Shown in pieces: positions 38,133 to 51,790 of a stretch of DNA of 64,000 nt. The position numbers and the translations under genes are program-made. Position 1 is the first letter of the stretch, and each line of letters begins with the position of its first letter. The notes beneath the pieces are model-generated. The model did no database searches. It saw only the letters and a program-made list of their open reading frames with translations, and was not told the origin of the DNA. The stretch is from Octopus sinensis. Taxonomy: Eukaryota. The DNA is taken from NCBI RefSeq assembly GCF_006345805.1, contig NC_043018.1:5084001-5148000 (forward strand). Reading direction: 5' to 3'.

Positions 38133-38531
38133 TATGTGTGTGTGACTGTGTGACTGTCTGTTTTTGTCTTCCACCACCGCTTAACGACTGTGTTTACATC
38201 ACCGTAACCAAATGGTTTGAGAAAAGAGCCCAAGAATATAAGTAGCACGCTTGAAAAAAATAAGACCTGGGGTCGATTCATTCGGCTAAAAATTCTAGAA
38301 AGCGGTGCTCCAGCATGGTCGCAATGTAATGACTAGAACAAATAAAAGGTAAAAGATACACACTCACATACACCTATATGTATGATGATGATGATGATGA
38401 TGATGATTATAATATATATGTGTGTGTGCGTGTGTGCGTGTATGATGCATGTATGTAGAGAGACAGAGGGAGATAGATAAGGAGAGACAGAGAAAGAGAG
38501 AGAGAGTGAGAGATAGATAGATAGATAGATA

Positions 38532-38589
<58 letters not shown>

Positions 38590-39224
38590 TGTGTTTTCAA
38601 AGGCACGTTCATCTTGAAGGACAGACTTCGTTTGACACGGTCTGAAGAACAGAATAAACAGTCGGGTAGAGAGAGACCAGCTCACTTCCAGGACGGATGA
38701 GAAAGAAGAAGAAGAAGAAGAAGAAGAAGAAGAAGAAGAAGAAAATCTTCGCCAGAAGAACGCGACCGAGGTAGCACTTGACGTGTGCACGAACCGTGAA
38801 AGAGTGTGGGAGGACTGAAGAGAAATGAGGAAGATGAGGAATGATAAGCAGGAGGAAAAGAACAAACAGATAAGAGAAGGAGAGAGAAGAAGAGAGAGAG
38901 AGATAAAGGGAGGGGTGGCATAAGGTAGCGTAAGCATAAAAGGGATGAAGAGATGAGGAAGAGTTTTGGACAAATGGATTGTTAGACAGGAAGAGGGGGG
39001 TGGGTGGCAGCAGAAGGAAAACAAAATGACAGAGAAAAGAGTTAATGCTTTTAGCAGACATCCTCTTTATCTCTGACAGGACTGGCCGAGTGTTCCGCGA
39101 CTCCTCGTTTCATTTACAAGTTTGAGACTTCAGTCGCTACAACGGATATATGCGCGCACACACACACACACACACCACACACACAACACACACACACACA
39201 CACACACACTCACACACACACGCG

Positions 39225-39256
<32 letters not shown>

Positions 39257-39294
39257 CACGCCCCCCTCACACGTTTGCAGCTATCTTTTTACCT

Positions 39295-39925
39295 TCTACA
39301 TGCTTCTTGTTTACTTATTTCAGTCATTTCTCTGCGGCCATGCTGGAGCACCGTCTTAAAAGGTTTTTGTGCAACAAATCGATCCCAACACTTGTTTTTT
39401 GTTTTAAGCCTTCTTGCTTATTCTATCGCTCCGATTTGCCGAGCCGTTAGGTTACAAAGTCGTAAACATACCAACACCGGTTGTCAAGTGGAGGTGAGGG
39501 TAGAAACACAACACAAAAACACACACACACACACACATACACACACACTCGGAAGGTTTTGGTCACTGCGAGGTTATAATGGAAGACACTTGTCCGAGGT
39601 ACCACACATCTGGTTGGGAAGCAAGCTTCCCACAAAGCAACGCCTGAACGGTTATGTATTTCATCTTTACATCTTTTACTTGTTCCAGTCATTGGACTGC
39701 GACCATATAGGAAACACTTTCGAGCGTTTTAAGTCGAACAGTCAAACAAATCTACGCCAGCGCTGGCGTGGCTCTGCATTAAGAAGCTTGCCTCCCAACC
39801 ACGTAGTCTGAGTTCAAGCCCAATGCGTAGCACCTGGGCAAGTGTCTCCTACTATAGTCCCGGGCCGATCAAAGCCTTGTGAGTGGATTTGACGGACGGA
39901 AACTGTAAGAAGCGGGTCGTATATA
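39295..39925. mobile_element. oppositely oriented SINE family A copies
   Basis: Minus copy at about 39295-39655, plus-strand 5' half at about 39765-39925. Confidence 0.7.
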
Positions 39926-40024
39926 TGTTGTTGTTGTTTGTTCCTACTCGCAATATGCCTGGCTCATAAGAGCCAGTTCCCGGTGGATTCCGGTTCATCT
40001 CTCTCTATATATATATGTATGTGT

Positions 40025-40076
<52 letters not shown>

Positions 40077-40123
40077 TATATATATATATGTACATAATAT
40101 ATATATGTACATATATATTATAT

Positions 40124-40171
<48 letters not shown>

Positions 40172-40208
40172 GTATATATACATATATATATTGTACATAT
40201 ATATATAT

Positions 40209-40261
<53 letters not shown>

Positions 40262-41065
40262 GTATGTAAATACTGGCCAAAACCTTTCTAAGTTATTCTA
40301 AGTTATTCTAATAATAAATAAAATATATGCCTATATACATACATATATGTACATACTTACATCTACATGTATATATACATGCATATATATTATATTATAT
40401 ATATATATATATATAATATATATATATGAGTACAGACACCACAAATATACGTAGAACGCAACGAGAGACGAGAACATAAAATCAAACAAGGAAACGGACT
40501 TTTTTTAAACAACGAAAAAACAGAGTACAGGACAATAATAGAAGGAAAATTCCCCTTCATCAGCTGTCCCTGGTTCGACTCAATGCGTGTTTCGAAGGTA
40601 AGGACAGAACACAGTCGAAGCAATTCTTCCTGCAAAAGGAATTAAATAAAATTCTTTTGCAGAGGGGTAAAACAAGTGACAAAAACAGGACGTAAAAGCA
40701 ATACAAATGAAGAAAAACAATACAATTGAAGAAAAAAACAGTACGATAAAGAAACAGGACAGGAAACAGACAATAAGGGCTTTTTTTGCCTGGACAGTGG
40801 AAAAATTAGTTAGAACGCCTGTGAAAAATCGGCTTAGGAAGGACAGAGAAGTCGATCTATACTTGTTGAAAGACGAAGCTGAAAGAAAGTTTTAGCAACC
40901 CTCTGGTCTGGAGGAGGAGGAGGAGGGAGAAAGAGAGAGAGAGAGAGAGAGAGGGGGGAAGAAACCAGAAAGGGGGAAAAATAAGCAGAGAGACAAGTAG
41001 AGAGAAAGACAGACAGGCAGGGAGGAAAGGTCAAAGTGCGCGTCGTGAGGGAGAGATATATACAT

Positions 41066-41100
<35 letters not shown>

Positions 41101-41101
<1 letters not shown>

Positions 41102-41354
41102 TAGAAGAAATGCGGTACTCAGAAATCTGGATAGTTTTATATTTACAGAAATTTACAGAGTTGTCAAATTGAACTTTTGCGGGCATTTTGTCTCTTTTTA
41201 TAGTATTTCCTGCAAAAGTTCAGTTTGACAACTCCACTAGAGTGGACGAAAGCGCTTATATATATGATATATGATTTATAAAAACATGTAACGTACTAAG
41301 AAATATCTGTAAATATAAAACCATCCAGATTTCTGAGTACCTCATCTCTTCTAA
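41101..41354. mobile_element. MITE with ~50-bp TIRs inserted in (TA)n
   Basis: TTAGAAGAAATGCGGTACTCAGAAATCTGGAT... / ...ATCCAGATTTCTGAGTACCTCATCTCTTCTAA. Confidence 0.8.
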
Positions 41355-41500
41355 TATATAATACCTGTACATCATCTCCAAACCTTCTAATATATATATA
41401 GTAAGAGTTTATAAAAAAACATAACACGAAGACAGGTGGTGTACAAAACAAACAGATGTATTAGTATAACGCTCAGTATATATATATATATATATAATAT

Positions 41501-41562
<62 letters not shown>

Positions 41563-41717
41563 GTATATATGTATATGTATATATGTATATGTATATATAT
41601 GTGTATATATGTATGTATATATATGTATATATGTATATGTTTTATGTGTGTATATATATGTATATATGTATATATGTATGTATATATATGTATGCATGTA
41701 TGTGTGTTTTTTTATAT

Positions 41718-41840
<123 letters not shown>

Positions 41841-41936
41841 ATATCTAAAGGGAAAGTTTACGAAAATAAACAAAAGACAAAGGCAAGTGGTGTACAAACA
41901 AGAGATGTATTAGTATAGCGCTCAGGAATAGAAAAG

Positions 41937-41974
41937 TCTTTTACGTTTCGAGCCTACGCTCTTCTACAGAAAGA
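41937..41974 (-). ncRNA. minimal type I hammerhead-like motif, core CTGTAGA
   Basis: TCTTT-CTGTAGA-A-GAGC-GTAG-GCTC-GAAA-CG-TA-AAAGA; 5-bp stem I, 4-bp stem II, palindrome ACGT; A6 replaced by T. Confidence 0.5.
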
Positions 41975-42602
41975 TACACAGAAAAAAACAAGGAGAGGAA
42001 AAAATGCGTGTAGTAGCTAACGATCTATCATGGCGTCTGACTCGGACAGAATGGTCAGACGCGAGGGGGACAGTAAGGGAGATAACAGGGTCAAGTGACT
42101 TCCAATACGAAGGAGCCCCCACACAAAGGTGCGTGTGTGTATAAGAGAGTAGGTATGTGCGTGTGAAAGAGGGCTGGTGGTCTGGACGTGTGTGTGTATG
42201 TGTGGGTGTAAAGATGCGGGGATGGTGTGTTGTGATGTGATGTGTAACGTTGCATGGTGTAGTGTAGTGTGGTGTGGTGTGATGTTGTGGTGAGGTGGGG
42301 AGGTGGGGGAGGCGAGAGTGGGGAAAGCACAGGTGGGGAGTGGGTTCGGCTGGGAGCTGGGGTAGAGTGGGGGTATGGGTAGGTAGAGGGGGGCTTAGAG
42401 GTGAGGTATGTGGGAAAGGGAGGGAGGGGTGTGGGATATATATATATATATGAGGAAGTTTCCTCATTCTACATTGAGAGAAGAAGTGAGATGGACGATT
42501 CAGTTCGATGCTGCTGCCGCATTTTGTCGTACGGGAACGAGAAGATTTGCATCCCCAGCCAAGAATTTCGGAACTAACACATGTCCTTGTGGAAGCTGTT
42601 TG

Positions 42603-42679
42603 AGCGGCTGAAGAAGGCCACAGACATACATTATGATTTGTTATTTCTGTCTAATAAGGCCCGAAACATATGTACCGCT
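42603..42679 (+). ncRNA. type I hammerhead ribozyme candidate, canonical core
   Basis: AGCGG-CTGAAGA-A-GGCC-(38 nt)-GGCC-C-GAAA-CATATG-TA-CCGCT; core motifs intact, predicted cut after 42674. Confidence 0.65.
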
Positions 42680-42817
42680 GAATCCTTCGCCTCATGTTTT
42701 TATTTTATTTTTATTTGATCATTTATGTATATATATATAGAGGTATGTATGAATATTTATATATATATATATATATAGGTATGTATAAATATTTATATAT
42801 ATGTATATATATATATT

Positions 42818-44271
42818 ACACTCAGAGATACCCGGCGTTGCCCGGTTACATTCAATTGAAGAATTAGACTTTTCTGTTATATTTTCTGTAATGAATTGGA
42901 ATATCTATGTTTCGAATTTCATCAAAATTGCAGATGAGGGTTATTTCCCCCTTTACACACCCTAAACAAATTGTAATCGTGCCACATATATCTCATACTA
43001 CTGATTTTTATGCGCATATTCCAAAATTCCAGTCTTATTGAATCTGTTAAAAAGATTTTGCTTCTGAAAAATGAAGGTCTTAAATGTGAGAGTTAAGGCC
43101 CCTGTTGGGGGTGGGCATGTTAATGTGAACTAGAGAAGTTGAATTGTTGAGAATCTTTTTAACTTTGGTCTTATATCTATTGTTTGAATTTCTTTGAAAT
43201 AGGAAATATATGTTCACTGGGTTTGTAAAAGAGAGCAAAGCTACAGGAAACCAAAAGACGAATGATCACAATAAGCAGTCAGTTACCCTACCCATGTCGT
43301 TAGCACTCCCAATATAGGATTCCTCACCATCCAGGTGACTGGCACAGCCGTAAGATGCATTACGAATCTATAGCATTTGGAAGGGCATGACCCAACCGAA
43401 ATCAACATTAACAAATGTGTAACGTGAGGGCTAAGGAGAAATGAAAGTGTCAATTCTGGAGTTTGCAAATGACCCCTATATTGATATGTAACTGGACAGA
43501 AAAAATTTAAAATCTATAAATGTCTTTGAATAACCAGTCACTCATCTGGGATGGCCTTGAAATCAATGTTACCATCTGGAGACTGTGTGACCCAGTGATA
43601 ATAAAAAGACTGAAAGGAGATCTGCAATCAAATAACTTTACTCAAAACTTTGCAACTGAATCAGTGGAGGCAAAGATGCCTCTTATTTACTTGACAATTT
43701 ATGCACCACATTGCAGAAATCACAATGTAAGTGTATGTCAAAGCAAACTGTTACACTGTTGTACCCATTGAATTAGAAATAATGCCCAACTTTTATGCGG
43801 GTAACCATACAAGCTTCCAAGAGCACAGCTATTTCGTTTTTGCTTAGATAAAATGAAAAATTGTGTGGTGTTTAGTCCCTATGGAGGGTCTTTCTAACTT
43901 GTAAGAAGATGAAATTTTATAAATATTACTTCATTTGTGCTAATATCTATGGTTAAAATTCATCAACAGCAAAAATATATGAATTGTCATGGGGGTTAAG
44001 CCCTTATGCATAGGATATAATTTCCAAATTTCATAAAGATCCATTCAGTACTTTTGACCTAGTTTTGGATCATAAAAGAAATGACTAAAATTTGGGAGTT
44101 AAGGCTCCCATTAGGGCGTTATATATATATAATTTTTGCCCATGACACTTCCCGGACCCTAAGTAAGGCATGTGTAAAATTTGAATGAAATTGGTTGTGT
44201 AGTTCTCAAGTTTTAGGGAAACACACAGACAGACAGACAACACACATTCTCAGTTTTATATATATAAAGAT
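42818..44271 (+). mobile_element. Helentron-associated non-autonomous element (HINE/DINE-1-like)
   Basis: 5' GATACCCGGCGTTGCCCGG, 3' ACAGACAGACAGAC...CAGTTTTATATATATAAAGAT; these end motifs are typical of such elements. Confidence 0.65.
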
Positions 44272-44444
44272 ATATGTATATATATATATATATAGATATA
44301 TCTATATATCTATATAATATATATAGATGTATGTATATATATGCATGATGTATGTATGTATATATATATATATATCTATATATATATAATATATATATAT
44401 ATATATAATTTAATATATATATGTATGTATATATGTATGATGAG

Positions 44445-45005
44445 ATAAGGAAACCATGATGGTCCTCTGGCGGACATTCGTCCTCATCCACCTGGATTAC
44501 TGCTCACAGCTATGGTCACCCATCAGTGTGAAATTAACAACGGACCTTGAAGCAATCCAGAGAAGATTCACAAAGAAGATCGTCTCTTTGCAACAGTTCA
44601 GCTACTGGGAAAGGTTGAAACAGCTAAGACTCTACTCCCTAGAGAGAAGACGGGAGAGGTATGCAGTAATATATATCTAGAAGATCCTGGAAGGAATTGT
44701 GCCAAATTTTGGCATTGAAAGCTACACCAATGCCAGGATGGGACGATACTGCATGGTGCCAAAGATCCCAGCAATGCTATCATGCTTCAGGACCAGTTAC
44801 TGCAACACCCTGTGTTTCAGGGGCCCACAGCTTTTTAATATTCTCCCAAAGAGTCTGAGGAACTTGCACAAAGTAGATGTAGAGGTTTTTAAATCAAAGC
44901 TGGACCTCTTCTTTTCGAGAGTCCCAGATGAACCTACCTCACGGCAAGAGGTGCAAATGAGAGTAGCTATATCAAAACTCCATTCTTCACTAAGTGCCAC
45001 ATATT
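44445..45005 (+). mobile_element. CR1-clade LINE 3' ORF2 fragment
   Basis: [11 protein letters not shown]...LEAIQRRFTK...YWERLKQLRLYSLERRRERY...RGPQLFNILP...FKSKLDLFF..VPDEP. Confidence 0.9.
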
Positions 45006-45138
45006 AGAGGAGGCTCTTAGTAATTACTGTAGCAAACGGCGGTGCATTAGCATGGCCGCAACTCTGAGCTGAAACTAGAGAGAAAAAAATACATATATAT
45101 ATATATATATATATGTGTTTATATGTATATATATGTAT

Positions 45139-45225
<87 letters not shown>

Positions 45226-45392
45226 CAGCCGAAATTACTACGATGATCCGGTTCTTGACTGAAGACTGAGGGCTTCGAATGTCCTGTCTGTGTTTGTTGT
45301 ATCGTCTTCTAAGTTTTTATGCGTTCTTGTCTCAGTTTGTATTTTTTTACATATCATATATATATATATATATATATATGTTTATATGTATA

Positions 45393-45433
<41 letters not shown>

Positions 45434-45567
45434 ATATATATATACATATATATATATATACAGACATATATATATATGTCTATATATATATACCAGACAT
45501 ATATATATGTATGTATGTATGTATATATAATATATATATATATTATATATATATATATTAATATCTA

Positions 45568-45607
<40 letters not shown>

Positions 45608-45610
<3 letters not shown>

Positions 45611-45655
45611 TTGTCGGCTGTCCATCTACACCTCATTTCGAGCATTTAGCGACAA

Positions 45656-45702
<47 letters not shown>

Positions 45703-45844
45703 TACATATAAAGAAAATGACTCTCCCCAGACAACAGAATATGCTTCAACACACGAACTCATATAAAGAATCTTGCAAACCAAATCCCAAAACGAAATAT
45801 ACATATACACAGTTGTTAAATGCTCGAAATGAGGTGTAGATGAA

Positions 45845-45880
<36 letters not shown>

Positions 45881-46065
45881 TGTCGTTATATGCTCGAAAT
45901 GAGGTGTGGATGGACAGCCGACAAGGGATGAAGGGTCGTTCTTTACGTTACTTGTCTTGTTTTCTATTTGTTTCTCTCGTTGTTTGCATACCGAAATTTG
46001 TCTTCATATTTCGTGTTGTTTTCGTATTTCATATTGTTTACGTTTTGTGATGTCCTGTACCCATA
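45608..46065. repeat. inverted plus direct copies of a short repeat (AATGCTCGAAATGAGGTGTAGATG)
   Basis: Minus copy 45608-45658, plus copies 45810-45847 and 45879-46065; another copy at about 22420-22590. Confidence 0.75.
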
Positions 46066-46430
46066 TATGCATATATATGTATGTATGTATATTTAAGTAA
46101 GTGTTTGTGTATGTGTTTTTGAGTCTGTGTTTGTCCTCCACCACTACTTGACAACCGGTGTTGGTGTGTTTACTACGCCATTACATAGCGGTTCGGCGAA
46201 GAGATCGATAAAATAAGTAGCAGGGTTAAAGAAAGAAATATTGGGGTCGATTCATTCGACTAAAAAATTCTCCAATGGTTTTGGTTGGTTGCTCTTTATC
46301 AGACGAGATTCTTCCACCTGTTGGTCGACAGAGGTTCTGGCAGGACGAACCCTAAGTCGCTTCCTGTTTGTTGGTTCCCACATCAACATTTGAATCAGCC
46401 ACACGTATACTATATATTGTACACACACAC

Positions 46431-46511
<81 letters not shown>

Positions 46512-46724
46512 AGTCCACCTGTGTGTCGCACTAATGTCAAAGCATTGCACAAAGCACATTTGCTGCTGTATTCGTCCGTAGATATCTCTTACGGACGTGA
46601 GACGTTTGAAAACACAAATCATGCATGTTGCATTTTGCCGCTCGACTGAATAAAAGTCCGTTATATACGACAGAAGTAGTATTAGAATAAAATAGTACTT
46701 TGTGTATCATATTCAATGTAGGTA

Positions 46725-47170
46725 CATGGTTCCGGGTTCAGTCCCACAACATGGCACCTTGGGCATGTGTATTCTACTATAGCTTTGGGCCGATCAAAGC
46801 TTTGTAAGTGGATTTGGTAGACGGAAACTGAAAGAAGCCTATCGTATATATCTATATGTGTATGTGTATATGGTGTATAATACATCATACATATATATAT
46901 ATATATAATATATATATATATTATATATATATATATATGCATATGTATGTGTGTGTGCATATTTTTATCTGTGTTTGTCTCCCACCATCACCTGACAACC
47001 GGTATTGGTCTGTTTACATTACCATAACTTAGCCGTTTGGCAAAACCGACCGAAAGAATAGGTACCAAGCTTAAAACGGAAATAAGTACTGGCGTCGATT
47101 CATTCTACTAAAATTCTTCAAGGCAGTATCCCCGCATGGCCGCAGACTGGAACAAGAACACGATAAAAGA
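46725..47170 (+). mobile_element. SINE family A
   Basis: Consensus match with expanded internal (TA)n. Confidence 0.8.
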
Positions 47171-47425
47171 CATGCCACTGACGAAGCTCAAAGAAACAGA
47201 ACATTTAGCGTTGCCACGACTGCTGCCGGATCATTTTTCTCTGCTTCTGGTATATTTGTGTTTTTAAACGCAACACGTCCGTAAGAGATACTGTCACCGG
47301 ACGAATAACGAAATAAATTGTCTTTTCACGATGTATTGACATTATGCACGATACACAGATTACTATTTTAATCTAATCCTGCTTGTATAGCATTCGACGA
47401 ATGTTCATTCAGTTGGACGGCTAAT

Positions 47426-48011
47426 TCTTTTCTACTCTAGGCACAAGGCCTAAAATTTTGGGGGAGGGTGCCAGTCGATTAGATCGACCCCAGTACGCAA
47501 CAGGTACTTAATTTATCGACCCCAAAAAGATGAGAGCAAAGTCGACCTCGGTAGGATTTGAACTCAGAACGTAAAGACAGACGAAATACCTATTTCTTTA
47601 CTACCCACATGGGGCTAAACACAGAGAGGACAAAAAAGGACAGACAAACGGATTAAGTCGATTATATCGCCCCAGTGCGTAACTGGTACTTAATTTATCG
47701 ACCCCGAAAGGATGAAAGCAAAGTCGACCTCGGCGGAATTTGAACTCAGAACGTAGCGGCAGACGAAATACCTAATTCTATTTCTTTACTACCGACAAGG
47801 GGCTAAACACAGAGGGGACAAACAAGGACAGACGAACGGATTAAGTCGATTACATCGACCCCAGTGCGTAACTGGTGCTTAATTTACCGACCCCGAAAGT
47901 ATGAAAGGCAAAGTCGACCTCGGCGGAATTTGAACTCAGAACGTAGCGACAGTCGAAATACCGCTAAGCATTCTGCCCGGCGTGCTAACGTTTCTGCCAG
48001 CTCGCCGCCTT
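47426..48011 (-). mobile_element. SINE family B with three body units and 15-bp TSD
   Basis: GTCGACCTCGG at 47541, 47723, 47913; flanked by AGTTGGACGGCTAAT at 47411-47425 and 48012-48026. Confidence 0.9.
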
Positions 48012-48489
48012 AGTTGGACGGCTAATAGCTACACGTTAGTTTTCAATCATTGTTTTCCTATATCAGGATCGAGGGATTTTTCTTAGCATGCGCTTGTCTG
48101 TGAATACATGCCACAAACAAAGGCCAACGAGGCAGAAATGCGCATCCAGCATTCTCTCTCGCCTCCGTCACTGAACGATTTTACTCTGTGGCTGGAATAG
48201 TTTTGCTTTTAAACACAGACCGGACATTTATTGAACAAAAGAAATAAAATAGCACTCAACGCATTCTGTTGGTGTTACATATAAATCTTTCAATCTTTAA
48301 AATGTTTTAGCTTCAAAGCTGCGGTCATGCTGGGGCACCACCGATTCAAATATATTTTACAACAGTTGTCCATATGCTTACATTTATGAAAGTTTTGGAT
48401 TTGGAATTAAGTATTGCAGTGGAATTCTTTGATTGAAAAAGAGTGCGCGATTTCTCAGCTCAACGCATTCAGTTGGTGTTACATATATT

Positions 48490-48818
48490 CTTTTACTCGT
48501 TTCAGTCACTTTGACTGCGGCCTTGCTGGAGCACCGCCTTTTAGTCGAAGTAATCGACCCAGAGACTTATTCTTTGTAAGCCTGGTATTTATTCTGTTGA
48601 TTATCAAGCGATGGTGGGGTGATAAACACAAACATAAAGACACACACACACACACATGACAGGCTGCTTTCAGTTTCCGTCTACAAAATCTACTTACAAG
48701 GCTTTGGTCGGCGGCCGACGCTATATAGTAGCAGGCACCGGTCCAAGTTGTCACGCAGTGGCACTGAACCATATGGTTGGGAAGCAAGCTTCTTACCACA
48801 CAGCCACTCCTACGCCTG
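48490..48818 (-). mobile_element. SINE family A
   Basis: Reverse-complement match to consensus. Confidence 0.8.
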
Positions 48819-49799
48819 TCGCTAAATAAATTTAAATATATTTAATAACAAATTAACTCAGCAGTTCATATGACTATATCGGTTTCAGTATCTGATTGAT
48901 ATCGAACCTAGATGGATGGAAGGCAAATTTGATCTCAACAAGCGATGTAAAATGTTCCGACAAATGCAACATGCCGGGAAAATGCCGCAAGCAGTTTTTC
49001 CAACGCCCTATCGATTCTGTCAAGTACAACGTAATATATTTTTGGGAAGTAGCAGCTGATTAATGGACCCTAGTAGTTTACTGGTATTTATGTTGTATTT
49101 TATCAGTCACAGAAGTAAGAAAAGCAAGGCCTCGGCGAGATTTGAACTCAGAACAGAGAGCGCTGTAGCTAAACGCCTTCAGTATTTGATTCGATGCTTC
49201 AACGATTTCACCGAATTATATCAATGATGAAAATGACTTTTAAAATGAAAATGGATAACTGGAAGATCTGAAAATGAATTAACTAATTCGTTGACACAGA
49301 TTAAGATATATGAGCAGAGTGGGTCGTTGATGAAGATATATGATCAACGCATTGGAGCAGTTTGACGGTGTAAGGCTGTCACAGACTCAAATATATGACT
49401 TGATAGAGTCACAGAAGAAGATCTATGACTTAACAATGATGACGTCTTTGAAAGAAAAATGTAAAAAGAAATATTAAACAAAAATAACATTGAAAGTTTG
49501 GATTTAAAAAAAAGCATAAAAGTCTGTCGCTCTACCCGTCAATAGCATTTGTAGTTTTCCCACAATATGATGAACTTGTTGTTTAGAGACACTGCTAGGT
49601 CACTTCTCAATATCCATATCTATGATCAAAGACATTATATTCTTACTTTATCTTTTATTCAAACATCTTGGAATACATTGTCCAATATGTCATTAATTGT
49701 TTAAGAGTGTGATTTAAGGGATTTTTTTGGCCGCTATTACTAGCATGTCCACTGACTACTTGGAAGCTGACGTACTGCCTGTCTCCGGACGATTGCGCC

Positions 49800-50400
49800 T
49801 TTGCTTTTTCCGTTTCCACAGGATGTTGACGGTGATATATAATGGAAAAGCAAATGCTCCGAAAGCCGAGATGAAAGATTTCTGGTGGGAATTTTAGTTA
49901 GGTGGCGGAAGGATCAGTGGGTTCAAATATTCAGTTTGTAGGTTTAGTGTGAGTGGGCAGTTACAGACTGGTGTGGATGAAAGGTGCAGAGGTAATTTGA
50001 GACGAAGAATTTCCAGAGGGCTTTTAGTTTGTGGGGAGGAGGGTGGAGGTATTCAAATATTCAGCTAGCTGAGCATGGAGAGACGAGGAATGCAAAGGTG
50101 AGTTGAGTGGGGGAGTCTGGTGGTGGTGGTGGGAATTCCAGAGGGATTTTGGTTCGAGGAAGAAGGATGGAAATGTATTTAGCTAGTGAGTGCAGAATGG
50201 GTGGAATAGAGGGACTGGGTTTGGTGAAAAGTGCAGAGGTGTGTGAATGGGGTTGCTGCATAGTTTCCTAGTTACTCCGTGGCTTTTACGTTGCTGATAC
50301 GGCTTCTCGTCTGTTCACCAAAGTTAATCAATATCGTACCCAGGTAGATGAATGACATCCTGGGAGTTGTAGATGCTGGAAGCAGACCCTTATAAACGAC
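49800..50400 (-). mobile_element. possible highly degraded Penelope-like remnant
   Basis: C-rich minus strand like the 36-37 kb element; short GIY-YIG-like peptide TRNLSSRLSEHL; many stops. Confidence 0.3.
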
Positions 50401-51099
50401 GAATTGGCAGAGTTCTTACAGCATCGGTTAGGATGCATTGTGACATTCGTTTCAATCCTCTGAGCTCTGAGTTCAAGTCACGCTGAGATCAATTTAGCTT
50501 TTGAAACTCTTGGGTGGGTTGATAAAAACTTACCACTTCAGAACTAGGGCAACTTAATCCTTCTCTCTTTCTTCTCCCCCTTTCTCTCCCTCTCTCTCTT
50601 TCCCACCCTCACAGAAAATATCTGCGATTTTACACGGAGATGGATGAGCTTCGCATGTTTTAAAAGTTCCTAAGAGACACCATGTGTCCAAATAGAACTC
50701 TTATGACTCCGTAAAGAATTTAATGGTCAAATAAAGAATTTCCTCGTTGCAAACACCTCGCTACTTTAATTTCAAATGACACATATAGAACAGTTGAATT
50801 GAAAGAACTAGTTTTGTTTATGATGCGCATGGTGGTTGTTGTTGTTGTGGTGGTGGTGGTTGTTGTTGTGGTGGTGGTGGTGATGTTGGTGGTGGTGGCA
50901 GTGGTCGTGATTGTGGTGGCGCTGACGGTAACATGATGCGAAGAACGAAGGCTTTACTCCATAACTTTCGTTGATTTCATGAGTTTTTTTTAGATACCAG
51001 TTATATGCGGTACGTTCGATATCATTAGTATGAGTTGATTCAATTTGTCGGGTAAACAGAATATCAAACATCACAATCTCTTATAAATGATTTATAAGT

Positions 51100-51193
51100 A
51101 TTAATAATAATAATAATAATCATCATAAAAATCATAATAATCATAATAATCATGATAATAATAATAATAATGATAATAATAATAATAATAATA

Positions 51194-51274
<81 letters not shown>

Positions 51275-51718
51275 CCTTTCTACTAAAGGCACAAGACCTG
51301 AAATTTTGAGGAGGGGGTAAGTTGATTGCATCGACCCCAGTGTTTCACTGGTACTTAATTCATCAACCCCGAAAGAATGAAAAGGTAGAGTCGACCTCGG
51401 TGGAATTCGAACTCAGAACGTGCAGTAGACGGACAAAAATGCCATTAAGCAAAGAGAAATAATGATGGATTCAAGTTTTTGGCAAAAGACCAGCAATTTT
51501 CGAGAACTTCGTTCCCCCAGTGCATAACTGGTACTTATTTTATTGACACTAGAAGGATGAAAAGGCAAAGTCGACCTCGGTGGAATTTGAGACAACCGAA
51601 CGAAATAAGCCGCAAGAAGTGCTGTCAAGCATTTTGTTCGACGCACTAATGGTTCTGACTGACCGCCGGCTTAGTAGTAGTAGTAGTGGTAGTAGTAATA
51701 ATAATAATGATAATAATG

Positions 51719-51774
<56 letters not shown>

Positions 51775-51790
51775 TATAATAAAAAAATCA
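51100..51790 (-). mobile_element. SINE family B (two partial units) between (TAA)n tracts
   Basis: Family match at about 51272-51672; (TAA)n at 51100-51275 and 51690-51780. Confidence 0.75.

Noticed and set aside
38600-38810. Poly-E coding exon (RTDEKEEEE...NLRQKNATEVALDVC)
   Set aside because: Driven by (GAA)n, in-frame stops upstream, no clear acceptor.
40540-40620. Permuted hammerhead (GAAA...CTGATGA on the minus strand; similar order at 22500 and 45900)
   Set aside because: Core words are present but stems I and III cannot be paired.
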